Below, in pieces: positions 1-13,505 of a stretch of 64,000 nucleotides of DNA (the first letter of the stretch is position 1; every line of letters begins with the position of its first letter). Made by a program: the position numbers and the translations under genes. This stretch comes from Octopus vulgaris. Its lineage: Eukaryota. The DNA lies in the NCBI GenBank assembly GCA_951406725.2, contig OX597819.1, positions 11,718,001-11,782,000 of the forward strand, written 5' to 3'. The notes under the pieces are model-generated. The model did not search any database, was not told the origin of the DNA, and worked only from the letters and a program-made list of their open reading frames with translations.

Positions 1-617
1 TGACACGTGGGTAGAACTCATGTCTGGAAACCTCATTGCATACTCAGATTGTTGAAAAATAGATAATAGGGCCCCTAGAAAGGATCCTTATATATATATA
101 TATTATTCTAAACGCCAAAGGAAATAACCCATTCGCTCCTGGAAGGGATCCTTATATACAGCCAAGAGAAATAACCCTTTCATTTTCCTAAATTATTTGG
201 TATAAATCAAATGAAGTATGCTTATTTCTTAGTATTTGAACTGTTAGAGTTATCTTCGCAATTCATCCAGCACAACCCTTAAAAAAATAAATAGTATTTT
301 CCTACGCAATAACTCCACGAGTGAACAGAGGAAATATGAATGGGGTTTTTATAAGATGCTGTCAAGGCGAACCAGTTGAGTTCAGAACCTGCTGCTTCAT
401 AGCTGTGAAAATTGAGTTTATTAATGTTTAAATGAGCAATTTGCGTAAAGCTCGTACAATGAAATATTCTCGTTATTTTTGTTATATTTCAGAATAATTT
501 ATCACGAGCAATGAGAACTACTACGTAAGTATAATATATAAATATATGTATATCTGCATGTTTTTGTGCGTATATGTATGTATAATTGTTACGTTTTACA
601 CACACACACACACATAA

Positions 618-654
<37 letters not shown>

Positions 655-906
655 AACAAACACAGGCACACACACACCTCTTAAATGCGGAAAACCACAA
701 TTTAACTTAAAGTACATAATACATCGAGAGAAGTGGATGTATTTATGAATTTAAAACAACATCTCTTATCTCTTATATTTGAAACAATGTGTCTTCTAAA
801 ACACAGTCTTTTGTAAAATAAGACGAGCCTTATTCCTCCTTCACTTCCGAATTTCTTCAATTCTGAAGTGATACAAAACGAGGATGGTTTTCTAAGTCAT
901 TGTTTC

Positions 907-945
<39 letters not shown>

Positions 946-988
946 TATATATACATATACATATATGCATATATATATATATTGTATA

Positions 989-1041
<53 letters not shown>

Positions 1042-1141
1042 TATATATATACACACACACACATATGAACACGGAACCATGTGGTTGGTAAACAAGCTAC
1101 TTACCACACACCCACTCCAGCGCCTATATATATATATATAT

Positions 1142-1172
<31 letters not shown>

Positions 1173-1230
1173 TGCATATATATGCATATATATACACACA
1201 TACACATATGTATATATTTATGTATTATAT

Positions 1231-1597
<367 letters not shown>

Positions 1598-1599
1598 GT

Positions 1600-1845
1600 A
1601 TGATTCGCTAGCTTCTGCACGCATTTTTTTTTCTCTCCTTTTTTTTCTCTCCTTTTTTTCTCTCCTTGTTTCTCTCCGTGTTTCTTTCTGTGTTTCTTTT
1701 CTGTGTATCTTTCTGTTGAAGAGCGTAGGCTCGAAACGTAAAAGACTTGTTTTATTTCTATTCCAGATCGCCATACTAATACAATTGTTTGTTTGTATTC
1801 CACCTGCCTTCGTCTTTTGTTTATTTTCATAAAGCTTCCCGTTAT
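1600..1845 (+). mobile_element. Short hammerhead-like element, family H1
   Basis: CTGTTGA-A-GAGC-gtag-GCTC-GAAA at 1713-1736; homologous to copies at 19.6, 33.8 and 62.4 kb; flanked by GATA/TA repeats. Confidence 0.6.
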
Positions 1846-1849
1846 ATAT

Positions 1850-1952
1850 GTATGTCATTGTTCAGTTTTATTTCAAGATTTCTTGCCAGTAGAGAAAGGA
1901 CCGGTTTCTAACCTAGATTCAAGGCGCCTTCATTGGAATTTCAACATCAACA
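1850..1952 (-). mobile_element. Hammerhead-relic element, family H4
   Basis: rc: CCAATGA...GCCTTG-aat-CTAGGTT-A-GAAACCGGTC; second copy at 63740-63836. Confidence 0.45.
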
Positions 1953-2197
1953 TATTTTTGTGTGTATGTATGTATGTATGTATGTATGTATGTATGTATG
2001 TATGTATAAGTATGTATGTATTATGTATGTATGTATGTATGCATGCATGTATGTATGTATGTATGTATGTATGTATGTATGTATGTATGTATGTATGTAT
2101 GCATGTATGTATGTATGCATGCATGCACGTATGTATGTATGTATGTATGTATGTATGTATGTATGTATGTATGTATGTATGTATGTATGTATGTATG

Positions 2198-2231
<34 letters not shown>

Positions 2232-2257
2232 TATTATATTACCACAGACCACAGACC

Positions 2258-2745
2258 ATATACTATAAAAATGAGAGTGTATGCAGTTATGTATGTATGT
2301 TTAGCTCCGAAAGACTCTGAAATTGTGTCTACGAGAAAAACGAATTTGATTTTCGAAATCTGCGTCGCAAAGAGAATGATGTCCGTAAATAATTTTAAAA
2401 AAAGAGAGGAATAACTGCGAGAAATAACTCGACTTTTAGATCGACAACTCTCCCACTCTCTATCTTTCACCACCAATCTATCTCTCTATGAAGGCGGTGA
2501 GCTGGCAGAAACGTTAGCACGCCGGGCGAAATGCGTAGCCGTATTTCGTCCGCCGTTACGTTCTGAGTTCAAATTCCGCCGAGGTCGACTTTGCCTTTCA
2601 TCCTTTCGGGGTCGATAAATAAAGTACCACTTACGCACTGGGGTCGATGTAATCGACTTAATCCCTTTGTCTGTCCTTGTTTGTCCCCTCTATGTTTAGC
2701 CCTTTGTGGGCAGTAAAGAAATATATATACACTGACCACACTCTT

Positions 2746-2777
<32 letters not shown>

Positions 2778-3013
2778 ACTCGCTCTGTATATGTATCAAC
2801 TCTCACGCATTCCCTTCCTTTTGTTTAAAACCTCGTCTTCTAATTTTTACTTTCATTTTATGACAGCTATTGCGCGCAAAGCTTGTTTTCTGATTGGATA
2901 AAAATGATCAAACTTTAAACCTCTGTAACATTTTGCTAAAAGTTTTCTGAAATAAATTAATCACATTCTCGAACTTTCGGACGCCCATCCGATGCCGGAC
3001 TCACATGTCCAAG
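2258..3013 (+). mobile_element. Possible older Helitron with a nested SINE
   Basis: tatactataaaaatgagagtgt 5' style; 3' hairpin tccgatgccgga followed by degenerate CAAG|t. Confidence 0.3.
2493..2722 (+). mobile_element. SINE family 1 (tail A)
   Basis: ggcgg.gagctggcagaaacgttagc..gagttcaaattcc (B-box-like)..gcctttcatcctttcggggtcgataaa; more than 20 copies or fragments in the window (also 9738-9900 +, 12456-12626 -, 12795-13008 -, 26966-27197 -, 43775-43930 -, 54345-54545 -, 55400-55568 -). Confidence 0.85.
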
Positions 3014-3259
3014 TATACTGATGGATTTTTCATAAATTTCTGTGTACGTACTGTTGTACGTTGATAGATTCAGTGAAAGTGTTCGTATTTGTGGAATGTA
3101 CTTACGTATTTTGTGTGTATATGTAGCTACACATAATATACATACATACAAATATACGCATGTATACATGTATGTATGTATTCATGTATGTATGTATGTT
3201 TACATATATATATATATATATATACATACATACTTATATATATAGATGTATATATATAC

Positions 3260-3311
<52 letters not shown>

Positions 3312-3450
3312 GTTGTATGTATGGGTATATATATATACATATATATATACATACATCTATGTAAATATATACACGCACATACATACATATATGCATATAT
3401 GTATGTGTATGAGTGTGCGTGTGTCAGTATGTGCCTATTTATATACATGC

Positions 3451-3490
<40 letters not shown>

Positions 3491-3495
3491 GTGTG

Positions 3496-3542
<47 letters not shown>

Positions 3543-3667
3543 CGTGTGTGTGTGTCTGTGTATGCAAGCATGTATGTGCGTGTATATACTCACTCACATA
3601 CTATACATATATGTACGTACAGACATGTATAATGAATATGTGTATATGTCTGTGTGTGTGCGCGCGC

Positions 3668-3746
<79 letters not shown>

Positions 3747-3968
3747 TGCGTGAGTGGAGCTATGTGAGACCACCACCAACCCCATCCGCTCACCCCCACC
3801 CGCCTCCACACACCACTAAGAGGTGAAAAACACCCAAAAAAACTGTTCTGTGAATTAGAAAATTCCCCTGAGTAAAATTCCTTGCCTGTAAATTAGATCT
3901 GGAGTTGTTTATAGAGATGGTGTGGCACTGGTGGTAGTAGTGACAGGGGGGGGTGCTGGTGGTGGTGC

Positions 3969-3999
<31 letters not shown>

Positions 4000-4215
4000 G
4001 GTGCTGGTGGTGCTGGTGGTGCTGGTGCTGGTGGTGGTGGTGGCGGCGGCGGTGTGGTGGGGGGATGATCGTGGTTGTGGTGGTGGTGGTGGTGGTGGTG
4101 GTGATGGTGGTGGCGAAAACGCGTCTATTCGGCTGAACCTCGTTATTGCGTGCTTACATATCTATCTGTCTATCTGTCTGTACACACACACACATACAAA
4201 TATATATGTATGCAT

Positions 4216-4274
<59 letters not shown>

Positions 4275-4282
4275 TAGTATAA

Positions 4283-4428
4283 AGTATTATTGGACGCTCA
4301 GGAAAGAAGGGAAGAAGGAGGGTTCAACGTTTCGAGCGGAGCTCTTCGTCGGAAACATAGGAGAAGGAAAGATCCCGAGAAGGGAAGACAGAGAAAAAAA
4401 AATCGCCAACGGTACACACGAGGTCATA
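4283..4428 (-). mobile_element. Hammerhead-like element, family H2, in (TA)n
   Basis: rc: CCGACGA-A-GAGC-tcc-GCTC-GAAACGTT...AGCG-TC; near-identical to 26.0 kb. Confidence 0.65.
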
Positions 4429-4438
4429 TATCTATATT

Positions 4439-4489
<51 letters not shown>

Positions 4490-4849
4490 GCACATACGGA
4501 CACACAATAATTGACATACATACATACATACATACATACATACATACATACATACATACATACATACATACATACATAGTAGATGCTGTATAGCCGAATA
4601 GTTATGAATTTGACTTTGCGCTTATGTAGTCCGAGTTCAATACCACCCATTCTAAGCAAATCTGTAAACTTTAGAAATACCCGACAATCGAGATGTATTG
4701 CAAAAGTTGGCATTACTTGGAACTGCACGCATATTGCGTAAAGTACTGTCTATCTGAGGTCCTTGTTGTGACTTGACGGACAGTATAAACCCCGGTAGAT
4801 ACAATATCTGCAATCAACAACCTCACGATATTGTATACTGTTCAACGTC

Positions 4850-4917
<68 letters not shown>

Positions 4918-4921
4918 TAAA

Positions 4922-4986
<65 letters not shown>

Positions 4987-4994
4987 TAATAATT

Positions 4995-5592
4995 CCTGGC
5001 TAAGAAGGAATATATTCACAGACATGACAGAGTTGGAACCTACATACACTGGAAGCTATGCCAACATTATGGAATAACAACAGAAAAAAGATGGTATAGG
5101 CACACACCAGAAAAGGTCACGGCAACCATACTCTGGGATATGCCGGTACACACAGATAGAGAAATTAAGGCTAACAGACCAGATATAGTTGTCAGAGATC
5201 ATGAAGAAAAAAAATGCTTTCTAATTGATGTATCAATACCGACAGATGACAACGTGTCTCTAAAAGAAATGGGGAAACTTTCAAAATACAAAGACCTGGA
5301 AATAGAGGTAACCAGAATGGTGGAATCTAAAAACAGAAACAATTCCTATCATAGTAGGTGCATTAGGCATGATAAAAAAATATTCAGACAAATACATAAC
5401 AAAAACACCAGGACTTACAAACACATATAACATACAGAAAATTGCACTACTAGGCACTGCACACATCCTACGCAGAACACTTTCCATACAATAACCATCA
5501 GAGCATCACAACAAATCACAGCACATACCTAAGGCACACAAAGCTGCGCTCGGTAGTGAAGTGAAAGCACGCTATAAAAATAAAACTACTGA
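4995..5592 (+). mobile_element. R4/Dong-like LINE 3' fragment (RLE endonuclease), frameshifted
   Basis: EYIHRHDRVG...ILWDMPVHTDREIKANRPDIVV...LIDVSIP...KLSKYKDL...IPIIVGALG; (TAA)n on both sides. Confidence 0.85.
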
Positions 5593-5610
5593 ATAATAAT
5601 AATAATGATA

Positions 5611-6315
5611 AATCTAAGTGTATTCCAAATACAACAAATTCCAGAATTAGACGTACTGGAAAGAAGCACAGAAAAACTTAAGCGTGTGAAAACCCGTGCT
5701 AAAACAGCTGCCTTAGATATTCTTACTGATAAATGGTAAGAAAAACCTCTCAATGACAAATACCCAAAGAGAGCAAATAATGCCGATGTCCACAAAGCCC
5801 TTACCAATCAATGGTTAGTGTATTCTGGCTTAAAATCAGAAACAAGTGTTTATCATGGCAGCCCAAGATCAATGCCTACCTACAAGGTGCTACCAGGTCA
5901 ATATATTAAAGAACGGCAATAGCTCAACATGTCGTAAATGTAAACAACAAATTTAAACCATTGATCATGTTGTCTCCATGTGCAGTCTTCTTGCGCCTAC
6001 AGAGTATCTCAATAGGTATGAAAAGTCGAGAGATACGACAGGTTAGCTTGGGGAGTTAAGCAGTTATGGTCGATGAAAAAAGGTAGCAGTAGTACCAATT
6101 GTCGGAGCCCTGGGAACAGTGAGCAAAAATCTCGAGAAGTACGTGGAAAAAACAGGGGATGCAATAAGGGTGAAGCACTTGTGGAAAACAGCACTGCTTG
6201 GAACCGCTCGAATACTCCGGAAGGTGCTCAAAAGTAAGTGGTGTTACATTAGTTCACTAGTAGTGAACAGCTGATACCGTAGTACACCTCCAGCGTTAGA
6301 GGCTGTGCAAAGGCA
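5611..6315 (+). mobile_element. Two further R4/Dong-like fragments (CCHC region; different 3' end)
   Basis: GLKSET..AAQDQCLPTR..CRKC..TIDHVVSMC, then VVPIVGALGTV..ALLGTARILRKVL and a (TAA)n tail. Confidence 0.8.
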
Positions 6316-6323
6316 ATAATAAC

Positions 6324-6358
<35 letters not shown>

Positions 6359-6386
6359 CAACAACAACAACAACAACAACAATAAC

Positions 6387-6431
<45 letters not shown>

Positions 6432-6432
<1 letters not shown>

Positions 6433-6701
6433 TGTCAGTCTACTTCATTATTTGTTAAGACTATATAGGACCGAGGTAACTCATCCAGAAGTTATACACA
6501 AATAAATAGAAGAGTGCCAATCATGTGAAATTGGTTGAACGATTTTTCGGCATCTAGCGTGCCTTCCACAGGTTCAAATATTACATGTCACTCTACTTCA
6601 TTTTTTTGTTAAGACTATATACATATAATTTTTGAACCTGTGGAAGGCACGCTAGATGCCGAAAAATCGTTCAACCAATTTCACATGATATGGCACTCTT
6701 C

Positions 6702-6709
<8 letters not shown>
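6432..6709. mobile_element. Hammerhead-like element, family H3: partial tandem plus inverted copy inside (TAA)n
   Basis: Inverted arms 6501-6578 and 6630-6709 contain CTGTGGA-A-GGCA-cgctaga-TGCC-GAAA; direct repeat at 6432-6468 and 6583-6620. Confidence 0.6.
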
Positions 6710-6769
<60 letters not shown>

Positions 6770-6784
6770 AATTGAAAGACTTAT

Positions 6785-7303
6785 TGAAAGACTTCAAACA
6801 AAGAACATGCCTCCTCATTGATATGACTGTCCCAATCGATATAAACGTATCTGTCAAGACCTACCAAAAACTGAGCAAATATAAAGATCTTGAAATAGAA
6901 ATCAGCAAAATGTGGAAGCTGAAGACTAAAACAATACCTGTTGTCATAGGTGCCCTGGGAATGATAGCAAAAGGGGCAGATAGCTACCTAACTCAGATAC
7001 CAGGAAACCCAAAAATGGCAGAAATTCAAAAGATAGTGCTCTTGGGAACTGCTCATATCCTACGCAAAATACTCTCTATGTAATCTCAAGGTTTAAAACA
7101 AACATAATTTTCGGTTTAAAAAAAAAAAATTAAAAAAAAACAAAACTTCTTTTTAGACATTCATTAGTACAACACCCCCACCCCCCAAATATATGGCACA
7201 CTAGGCATAACAACAACATGAACTTCCAACCCTGTTGTCTCTTGAGGTCTCTGGGTGAGACTTGGAGCCAACTTGTACAAATATAAAGCAAAAGTCAAAC
7301 ATA

Positions 7304-7304
<1 letters not shown>
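6785..7304 (+). mobile_element. R4/Dong-like LINE 3' fragment
   Basis: ORF 6772-7083 LLIDMTVP..KLSKYKDLEIE..IPVVIGALG..LGTAHILRKILS; 3' UTR, then (TAA)n. Confidence 0.85.
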
Positions 7305-7358
<54 letters not shown>

Positions 7359-7361
7359 CAT

Positions 7362-8135
7362 CAATTCTTTTTTATTGGCCACAAGGGCTGACACGCATGA
7401 TTACATAAAGGGACAAGACAGGACGAAAGGTTACAAAGGGTTTTGCCGTTTTTTAAAAACATCGAGTAAAAATCTTTATAACAACTTATAAAATTCAACA
7501 ATGAAAAACTCCCAAAAGGGGGAGACGTCTCGAAAGGTTCCTGGTGGAAAAAACCCTACAAAAGACAACGGGAGCCTGGTCAAAAAAGGGGGTGTAGAGA
7601 GTCCCCTTTCTTCTCCTTTTACATTACCTTTTTCTTTGAAATCACAGGCGAAACCTGAGAACTGGTCCATTTATACAGGCCAGTCTCGCACAATTCACCC
7701 ACCTTTCATAAAACTTGCTATCGGACAGCACTTTCCTCTCTAACCTCATCTTCCTTTTCAAGTGAAACTTGAAAAAGTTGATGAGGCCTTGACCAAAGAG
7801 GAAAGTGTCTGTCTTTAGCCCTTTCAAACGAGTCCACCACACGACCTCTTTCGCCACAGCCACTAGGCACAAGAAAACGGCCTCGCCCTCCTTGTTAAAG
7901 GAGGTCGGCGGGGCAATCTTCACTATGGATTCGGCCGATAGTCGGATCCGTCCTACACGTGACAGTAGCTGTTCGACATAAACCCATATTTCAGCAATAC
8001 TCGGGCACTGGACGAGTGCGTGCAGGACGGTTTCGTCGTCCTGGCAACACCTCGGGCAGGCCCGGCTGACGGCACTTCCGTGCCGGTAGAGTTTATCCCG
8101 AACAGGCAGAGCCCCTCGGTAGCACTGCCAGGCGA
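7362..8135 (-). mobile_element. Tx1/L1-like LINE 3' fragment (zf-RVT region plus 3' UTR)
   Basis: rc translation RGALPVRDKL..CPRCCQDDETVLHALVQCP..W; continues into ORF 7642-7923; ends cagcccttgtggccaataaa. Confidence 0.75.
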
Positions 8136-8136
8136 G

Positions 8137-8427
8137 TAGGAATGATCAAGAAGGGAACCGAAAATTATATGAGAATGATCCCTGGCTTACCATCCCTGCA
8201 AGAAGTGCAAAAGATAGTCCTAACTGGTACATCACACGTATTGAGAAGAGCATTGTCGATGTGAGAATTATTACTACCCATGTATTTTAATTTAACTTAA
8301 AAAAAAAATGAACGAACTATTGAGTTTAGTTTAATGGCCTACCAATGTATACTATGAGTTTCTTTGCCCTAGGAGTCGGGAATACACTCGGCAAGAAATG
8401 GAAGCAAATTTGAAAGAAGAAAAAAAA
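8137..8427 (+). mobile_element. R4/Dong-like LINE extreme 3' end
   Basis: GMIKKG..IPGLPSLQEVQKIVLTGTSHVLRRALSM*, then UTR and (TAA)n. Confidence 0.75.
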
Positions 8428-8434
8428 AATAATA

Positions 8435-8506
<72 letters not shown>

Positions 8507-8974
8507 GATTATGTAAAACTATTCATGTACATAAGATTATTGTTATAACTTGTGGAAATCGGAATACTCAAACAAAACCAAATATTGAAAATACCTTAAA
8601 TACACTGATAATGAAATTATACTAAGGATAATAATGAAGCCCAGATTATATAATATTAGATCCAGATCCATGGTACCTTTGACAATTCTTAACGTTGTTG
8701 TGCCAGAACCTCATATACTCTATTTGCCGACGTTTATGACACGTTTTTTTTTTCTTATCTTCGTGCATCTGATGGGAGATCGAGTGTCCTAGGTTATGGC
8801 GTCTGTCGAGTATAAGTCCGCCAAGTATCACGAAGCATCAGAGTCCAAATTACGAGTTTTACAAGTTGTGAGGCAATTCTACTCACAAAAATATAAACAA
8901 CTATTCAGTCCGTTTGAAAGAAGATAAAAATGAAATAACGTATAAAATGAGTTATTTATATATATATATATATA

Positions 8975-9379
8975 TCTTTATATATAAAAGTGAAGTTGTG
9001 TGCTGTCTGTCTCCTATGATTTAGATTCCTAACTACTCCCACATTTCGCAGTGCAGTTTAACCAAAACCGGGTATCTTATAGTCGTGATTCATATCGAGC
9101 CCTTCTGGGTATTAGCGCGCGTCTACGATGAGTCTACGATTTTAAAAAAAAATTACCATCAATTGTTCCCATTTTTAATGCATTTTTGGCATATATAAGG
9201 GAAGTAACTCTCTAAAAATTTATTATTAAATCTCAGAACGTAAAAAGCTACAGTAACACCCACCCCCCCTTTGTGGTTAGCCATATTGAGATGGCTATTA
9301 TACTTTACATCTCTAAAAATCTCTAACTTATATAGTTATTTCCCTTACAAACCCGAGCAACGCCGGGCGATACTGCTAG
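8975..9379 (+). mobile_element. Non-autonomous Helitron
   Basis: a|TC start, CTAG|t end, subterminal hairpin cccgagcaacgccggg, no TSD; second copy at 31.4 kb. Confidence 0.85.
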
Positions 9380-9907
9380 TATATAATAAATTCATGATTT
9401 CATATATTAATTCCAGTATACTCATCCAATATTGTATTTACATGCACAGAATCTTACATTTTCCCCTACAAAATCACTTTAAAGTATCTTTCAATAAGCT
9501 TACGGTGGAATATGCTAACTTTGTTCCTACAAAATATATTTGTAAAATATGGATGCGTCTTATGCACGGGTGCATCTCATACGCCGGCAAATACAGTAAT
9601 TCTCAATGCTTTTGGTGTTACCATAAAGAGATTATGAGGAAGGTACCGTTCACACTTGAGTCTCTTACATAAAATAAGCCATGAGCAAAGCTGTATTCTC
9701 CAAGACACACAGCAAATATCAACATTTATCTTGGGAATGCGGTGAGCTGGCAGAAACGTTAGCACACTGGGCGAAATGCTTAGCGGTATTTCGTCTGTCT
9801 TTATATTCTGAGTCCAAATTTCACCGAGACCGACTTTGCCTTTCATCCTTTCGGGGTCGGTAAATTAAGTACCAGTTGCGTACTGGGGTTGGTCTAATCG
9901 GCAACAA

Positions 9908-11260
9908 TATTTATTTATTTGCGGCCATCTCTACTTCCTCGAATTAACTGCAATAACTGCCACTAGCTTTTTTTCTTTATTTTCCGTACAACTACTTTTG
10001 TGTCAGTTTATGACGTTTGGCAAACAACTTGTACATGTAAGTGCTACCTGTTGAAAGCTCTGCATACCGGAAGCCAGCAAGTGTATGAAGTCATCAAGAG
10101 AGAAATCGCGCCGTTTCATGGTCTACCTCTCGATGGAATCATTGCGCGCCGGCTCCTCCTCATTGACATGATGCCCCGCTTGCTTGATCAACTGGTTATC
10201 AATATTCTTCTAACCATCGCCCATTGCCTCTTTTTAACCAAATCCATTGGCTACTCTTTTTTTACAGTAGTTTGGATATTACTCACGGTGGTATTTACTT
10301 TACACTGTGCCCAACGAATCCTCTACATCCGACTTCGACTGGAAAAGGCTCTGCTTTCCAGCCTGCATCTTCACATTCCCCGAGGTGGTTTACATAACGG
10401 TAAATCTTTCGAGCCCGAGCGGCGTCCATTTTATCTTCATGACTAGATTCACCACTTTCTTTCACACCACATTATAATATCCGATTTTTTTCGTAACTGA
10501 GATGAGAAAGAATCCTTCACACCCTGGTAATTCTACAGCCAACTCTCAATAGCCGTTCCACTTTTCATTGCTTATGAGTAGTTACTTCTTCTTGAAACAG
10601 ATCTACTGTCCTGAGCGCATGAAGATAATGAAATTTTTGGTTGGTTCTTTCAATGAACCGATCTGCGCCAAATCCAAATCCCTCCCGATGAATTTGCGTT
10701 GCACCCACCATATCTTGGTGTGCAAGAGAAGACAGAAAATCGCCAGTCTCTGCTTCTGCTTTCCACTTCAGAAACTACCCCTGAGTCCTTTTACTTTCTT
10801 TTATTTTCTCATATCGGCGGATATTTTCTTGCACATAATGGCATTTCCTTTTTCAAATCTTCATACAGCTGCTCGAGGCCAGGTTTTCCGTCTTCCTCAG
10901 CATATTTCCGTTGCTTTTTTAGGCAGTTCTTTTTCTTCCCCAACTGTTTCGTTTTCCTGATCCTCCTGTTTGGTCCACACTTTTCTTTCGCTAATCGTTA
11001 CCATATTTCAGTCCAAATAACTCTTGACATACCTTGTTCTCAAGCTCTTTATATCTTCCTTTCTCATTAGCAGCCGGTCACAGAAACCTCGGTTTCCTTC
11101 GAGTACTATCTTATACACCAGTCTCATAACCTGCCGTTTATTTATTTGTGGCCATCTCTACTTCCTCGGATTAACTACAATAACTGTCAGTGGCCTCTTT
11201 TTCTTTTTCTTTGAATTTTCCGTTCGACTATTTTTATGTCAGTTTATGACGTTACATGTT
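9908..11260 (-). mobile_element. Degenerate RLE-type (Hero/NeSL-like) LINE fragment bounded by ~115-bp direct repeats
   Basis: rc ECEDAGWKAEPFPVEVGCRGFVGHS at about 10305-10380; repeats at 9910-10020 and 11135-11255 end in (AAAT)n on the minus strand. Confidence 0.55.
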
Positions 11261-12625
11261 AGCGAACAGATTCGACATCTTACGTCTTCACCTCAGCGAT
11301 TAGAAAAACTGAATTCATGGCGTCATTACTGCCAGAAAAGAAATATTCTTTCTCCAACTTCTAACAAATTCTTGGCAAAATACTCAGACAGCTAATCTCC
11401 AGAAAGACTGATTCCGGTTTGTACATGGTTTGAAGATTTTAATTTTAGTCCAACGTAACGATGGTTTAGAATAAAGTACCATAAAATACAATGAGACAGG
11501 TACCAGGGAAATGCTGGGATCGATTTAATCAATTAAGCCCTCGCTTGGATCAGTGCTTAAATTAGAAACTACACACTTGCATACACATATACATATATAT
11601 CTCGTGGCACTCCGTCGGTTATAAGGACGAGGGTTCCAGTTGATCCGATCAACGGAACAGCCTGCTCGTGAAATTAACGTGTAAGTGGCTGAGCACTCCA
11701 CAGACACGTGTACCCTTAACGTAGTTCTCGGAAATATTCAGCGTGGCACAGAGAGTGACAAGACCGGCCCTTTGAAATACAGGTACAACAGAAACAGGAA
11801 GTAAGAGTGAGAGAAAGTTGTGGTGAAAGAGTACAGCAGGGATCACCACCATCCCCGGTCGGAGCCTCGTGGAGCTTTTAGGTGTTTTCGCTCAATAAAC
11901 ACTCACAACGCCCGGTCTGGGAATCGAAACCGCGATCCTATGACCGCGAGTCCGCTGCCCTAACCACTGGGCCATTGCGCCTCTACATATTTTCACATAA
12001 TCATAAGCTGTTTGATAAATTTTTGCTCTCAAGAAACGTTCTCCTCTCTCCTTAGCACCTTGCTTTACCTTTCATTTTACCTGTTTTCTGTTACCTTTGA
12101 TAACGTTCAATATTCAGATCCTCATACTAATATGTTTTCTCCATCAGCTCTTAAAGACAGTATTTTGAGGTCACTAGAATGGTTTTGCTCTCACGTCTTG
12201 TTCATTACTGAACCTCACAATTCAATTCCCACTTCATTGTCTCTGTTTTATCTTTCTCTCCACGATCAAAGTTATTTGAAGTCATTTATACATGTCAAGG
12301 TTGTTCTATCGTTAATTGTAAACCATAAACTCAGCCGTTTCTTGCAGACGCATTGTCCGATCGTTTTGTAGCTCCTTCAACTCATTCTGGTAGAAGTTAG
12401 GGTTTCACTATTAGAAGTAAAAGCTATGCCACTTGAATAATCTGCATCAGCAATAATCCTTTCCACAATAAGCACAAGGCCTGGAATTCCTTAGAATTTC
12501 CATCGACTCCAAAGGATGAAAGGCAAAGTCGGCCACGGCAGAATTTGAACTTTGAAAGTAAAGATGGATGAAATGCTGCTAAGCATTTTGCCCGGGCGTG
12601 CTAACGACTCTGCCAGCACGCCGCC

Positions 12626-12690
<65 letters not shown>

Positions 12691-12712
12691 GATGATGATG
12701 ATGATGATGATG

Positions 12713-12773
<61 letters not shown>

Positions 12774-13120
12774 TAATATTAATAATAATAATAATGGTTT
12801 CAAATGTTGTCACAAGGGCAGCAATTTTAGGGAAAGGGATGAATCGATTACATCGACCCCAGTATTCAACTGGTACTTATTTTATCGAGCCCGAAAGGGT
12901 GAAAGGTAAAGTCGATGTTAGCGGGATTTGAACTCAGAACGTGAAGATGAACGAAATACCAATAAGCCTTTCATCCGGCACGCTAACGATTCTACCAACA
13001 CGCCACCTTGGGTCTGTACAAATAATAATAGTTGTAGAAATTGCATCGACATTTTGAAGGAAACATCTAGAAACATATTTGGTGTTGCAATTGGTAATTT
13101 ATTATCTGTTGTAGTGTAAT

Positions 13121-13505
13121 GGAAGCACTCCGTCGGTTACGACGATGAGGGTTCCGGTTGATCCGAATCAACGGAACAGCCTGCTCGTGAAATTAACGTG
13201 TAAGTGGCTGAGCACTCCATAGACACGTGTACCCTTAACGTAGTTCTCGGGGATATTCAGCATGACACAGAGAGTGACAAGGCCGGCCCTTTGAAATACA
13301 GGTACAACAGAAACAGGAAGTAAGAGTGAGAGAAAGTTGTGGTGAAAGAATACTGCAGGGATCACCACCATCCCCTGCCGGAGCCTCGTGGAGCTTTTAG
13401 GTGTTTTCGCTCAATAAACACTCACAACGCCCGGTCTGGGAATCGAAACCGCGATCCTATGACCGCGAGTCCGCTGCCCTAACCACTGGGCCATTGCGCC
13501 TCCAC
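13121..13505 (-). mobile_element. SINE family 3 (tRNA-derived head)
   Basis: rc head gtggaggcgcaatggcccagtggttagggcagcgg..ggtttcgattccc with A/B boxes; TSD tgtagtgtaat. Other copies at 11600-11986, 13560-13857 (variant), 56277-56613 (TSD ctctgtaacaagt) and 59682-60053 (TSD atcaggagaat). Confidence 0.85.

Larger units (their letters stand above)
4852..8505. repeat. Fragmented (TAA)n array hosting retroelement insertions
   Basis: TAA/TTA tracts at 4852-4993, 5592-5610, 6316-6431, 6705-6770, 7305-7360 and 8428-8505. (TA)n, (CA)n, (CATA)n, (GATA)n, (TAG)n, (GGT)n and (CT)n tracts occur throughout the window. Confidence 0.9.

Noticed and set aside
10000-11395. Plus-strand ORFs of 120-150 aa
   Set aside because: Antisense to a decayed LINE; no recognisable domain or splice support.
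13420-13505. tRNA-like sequences at SINE heads
   Set aside because: They run directly into multi-copy SINE bodies with TSDs and lack complete cloverleaves.
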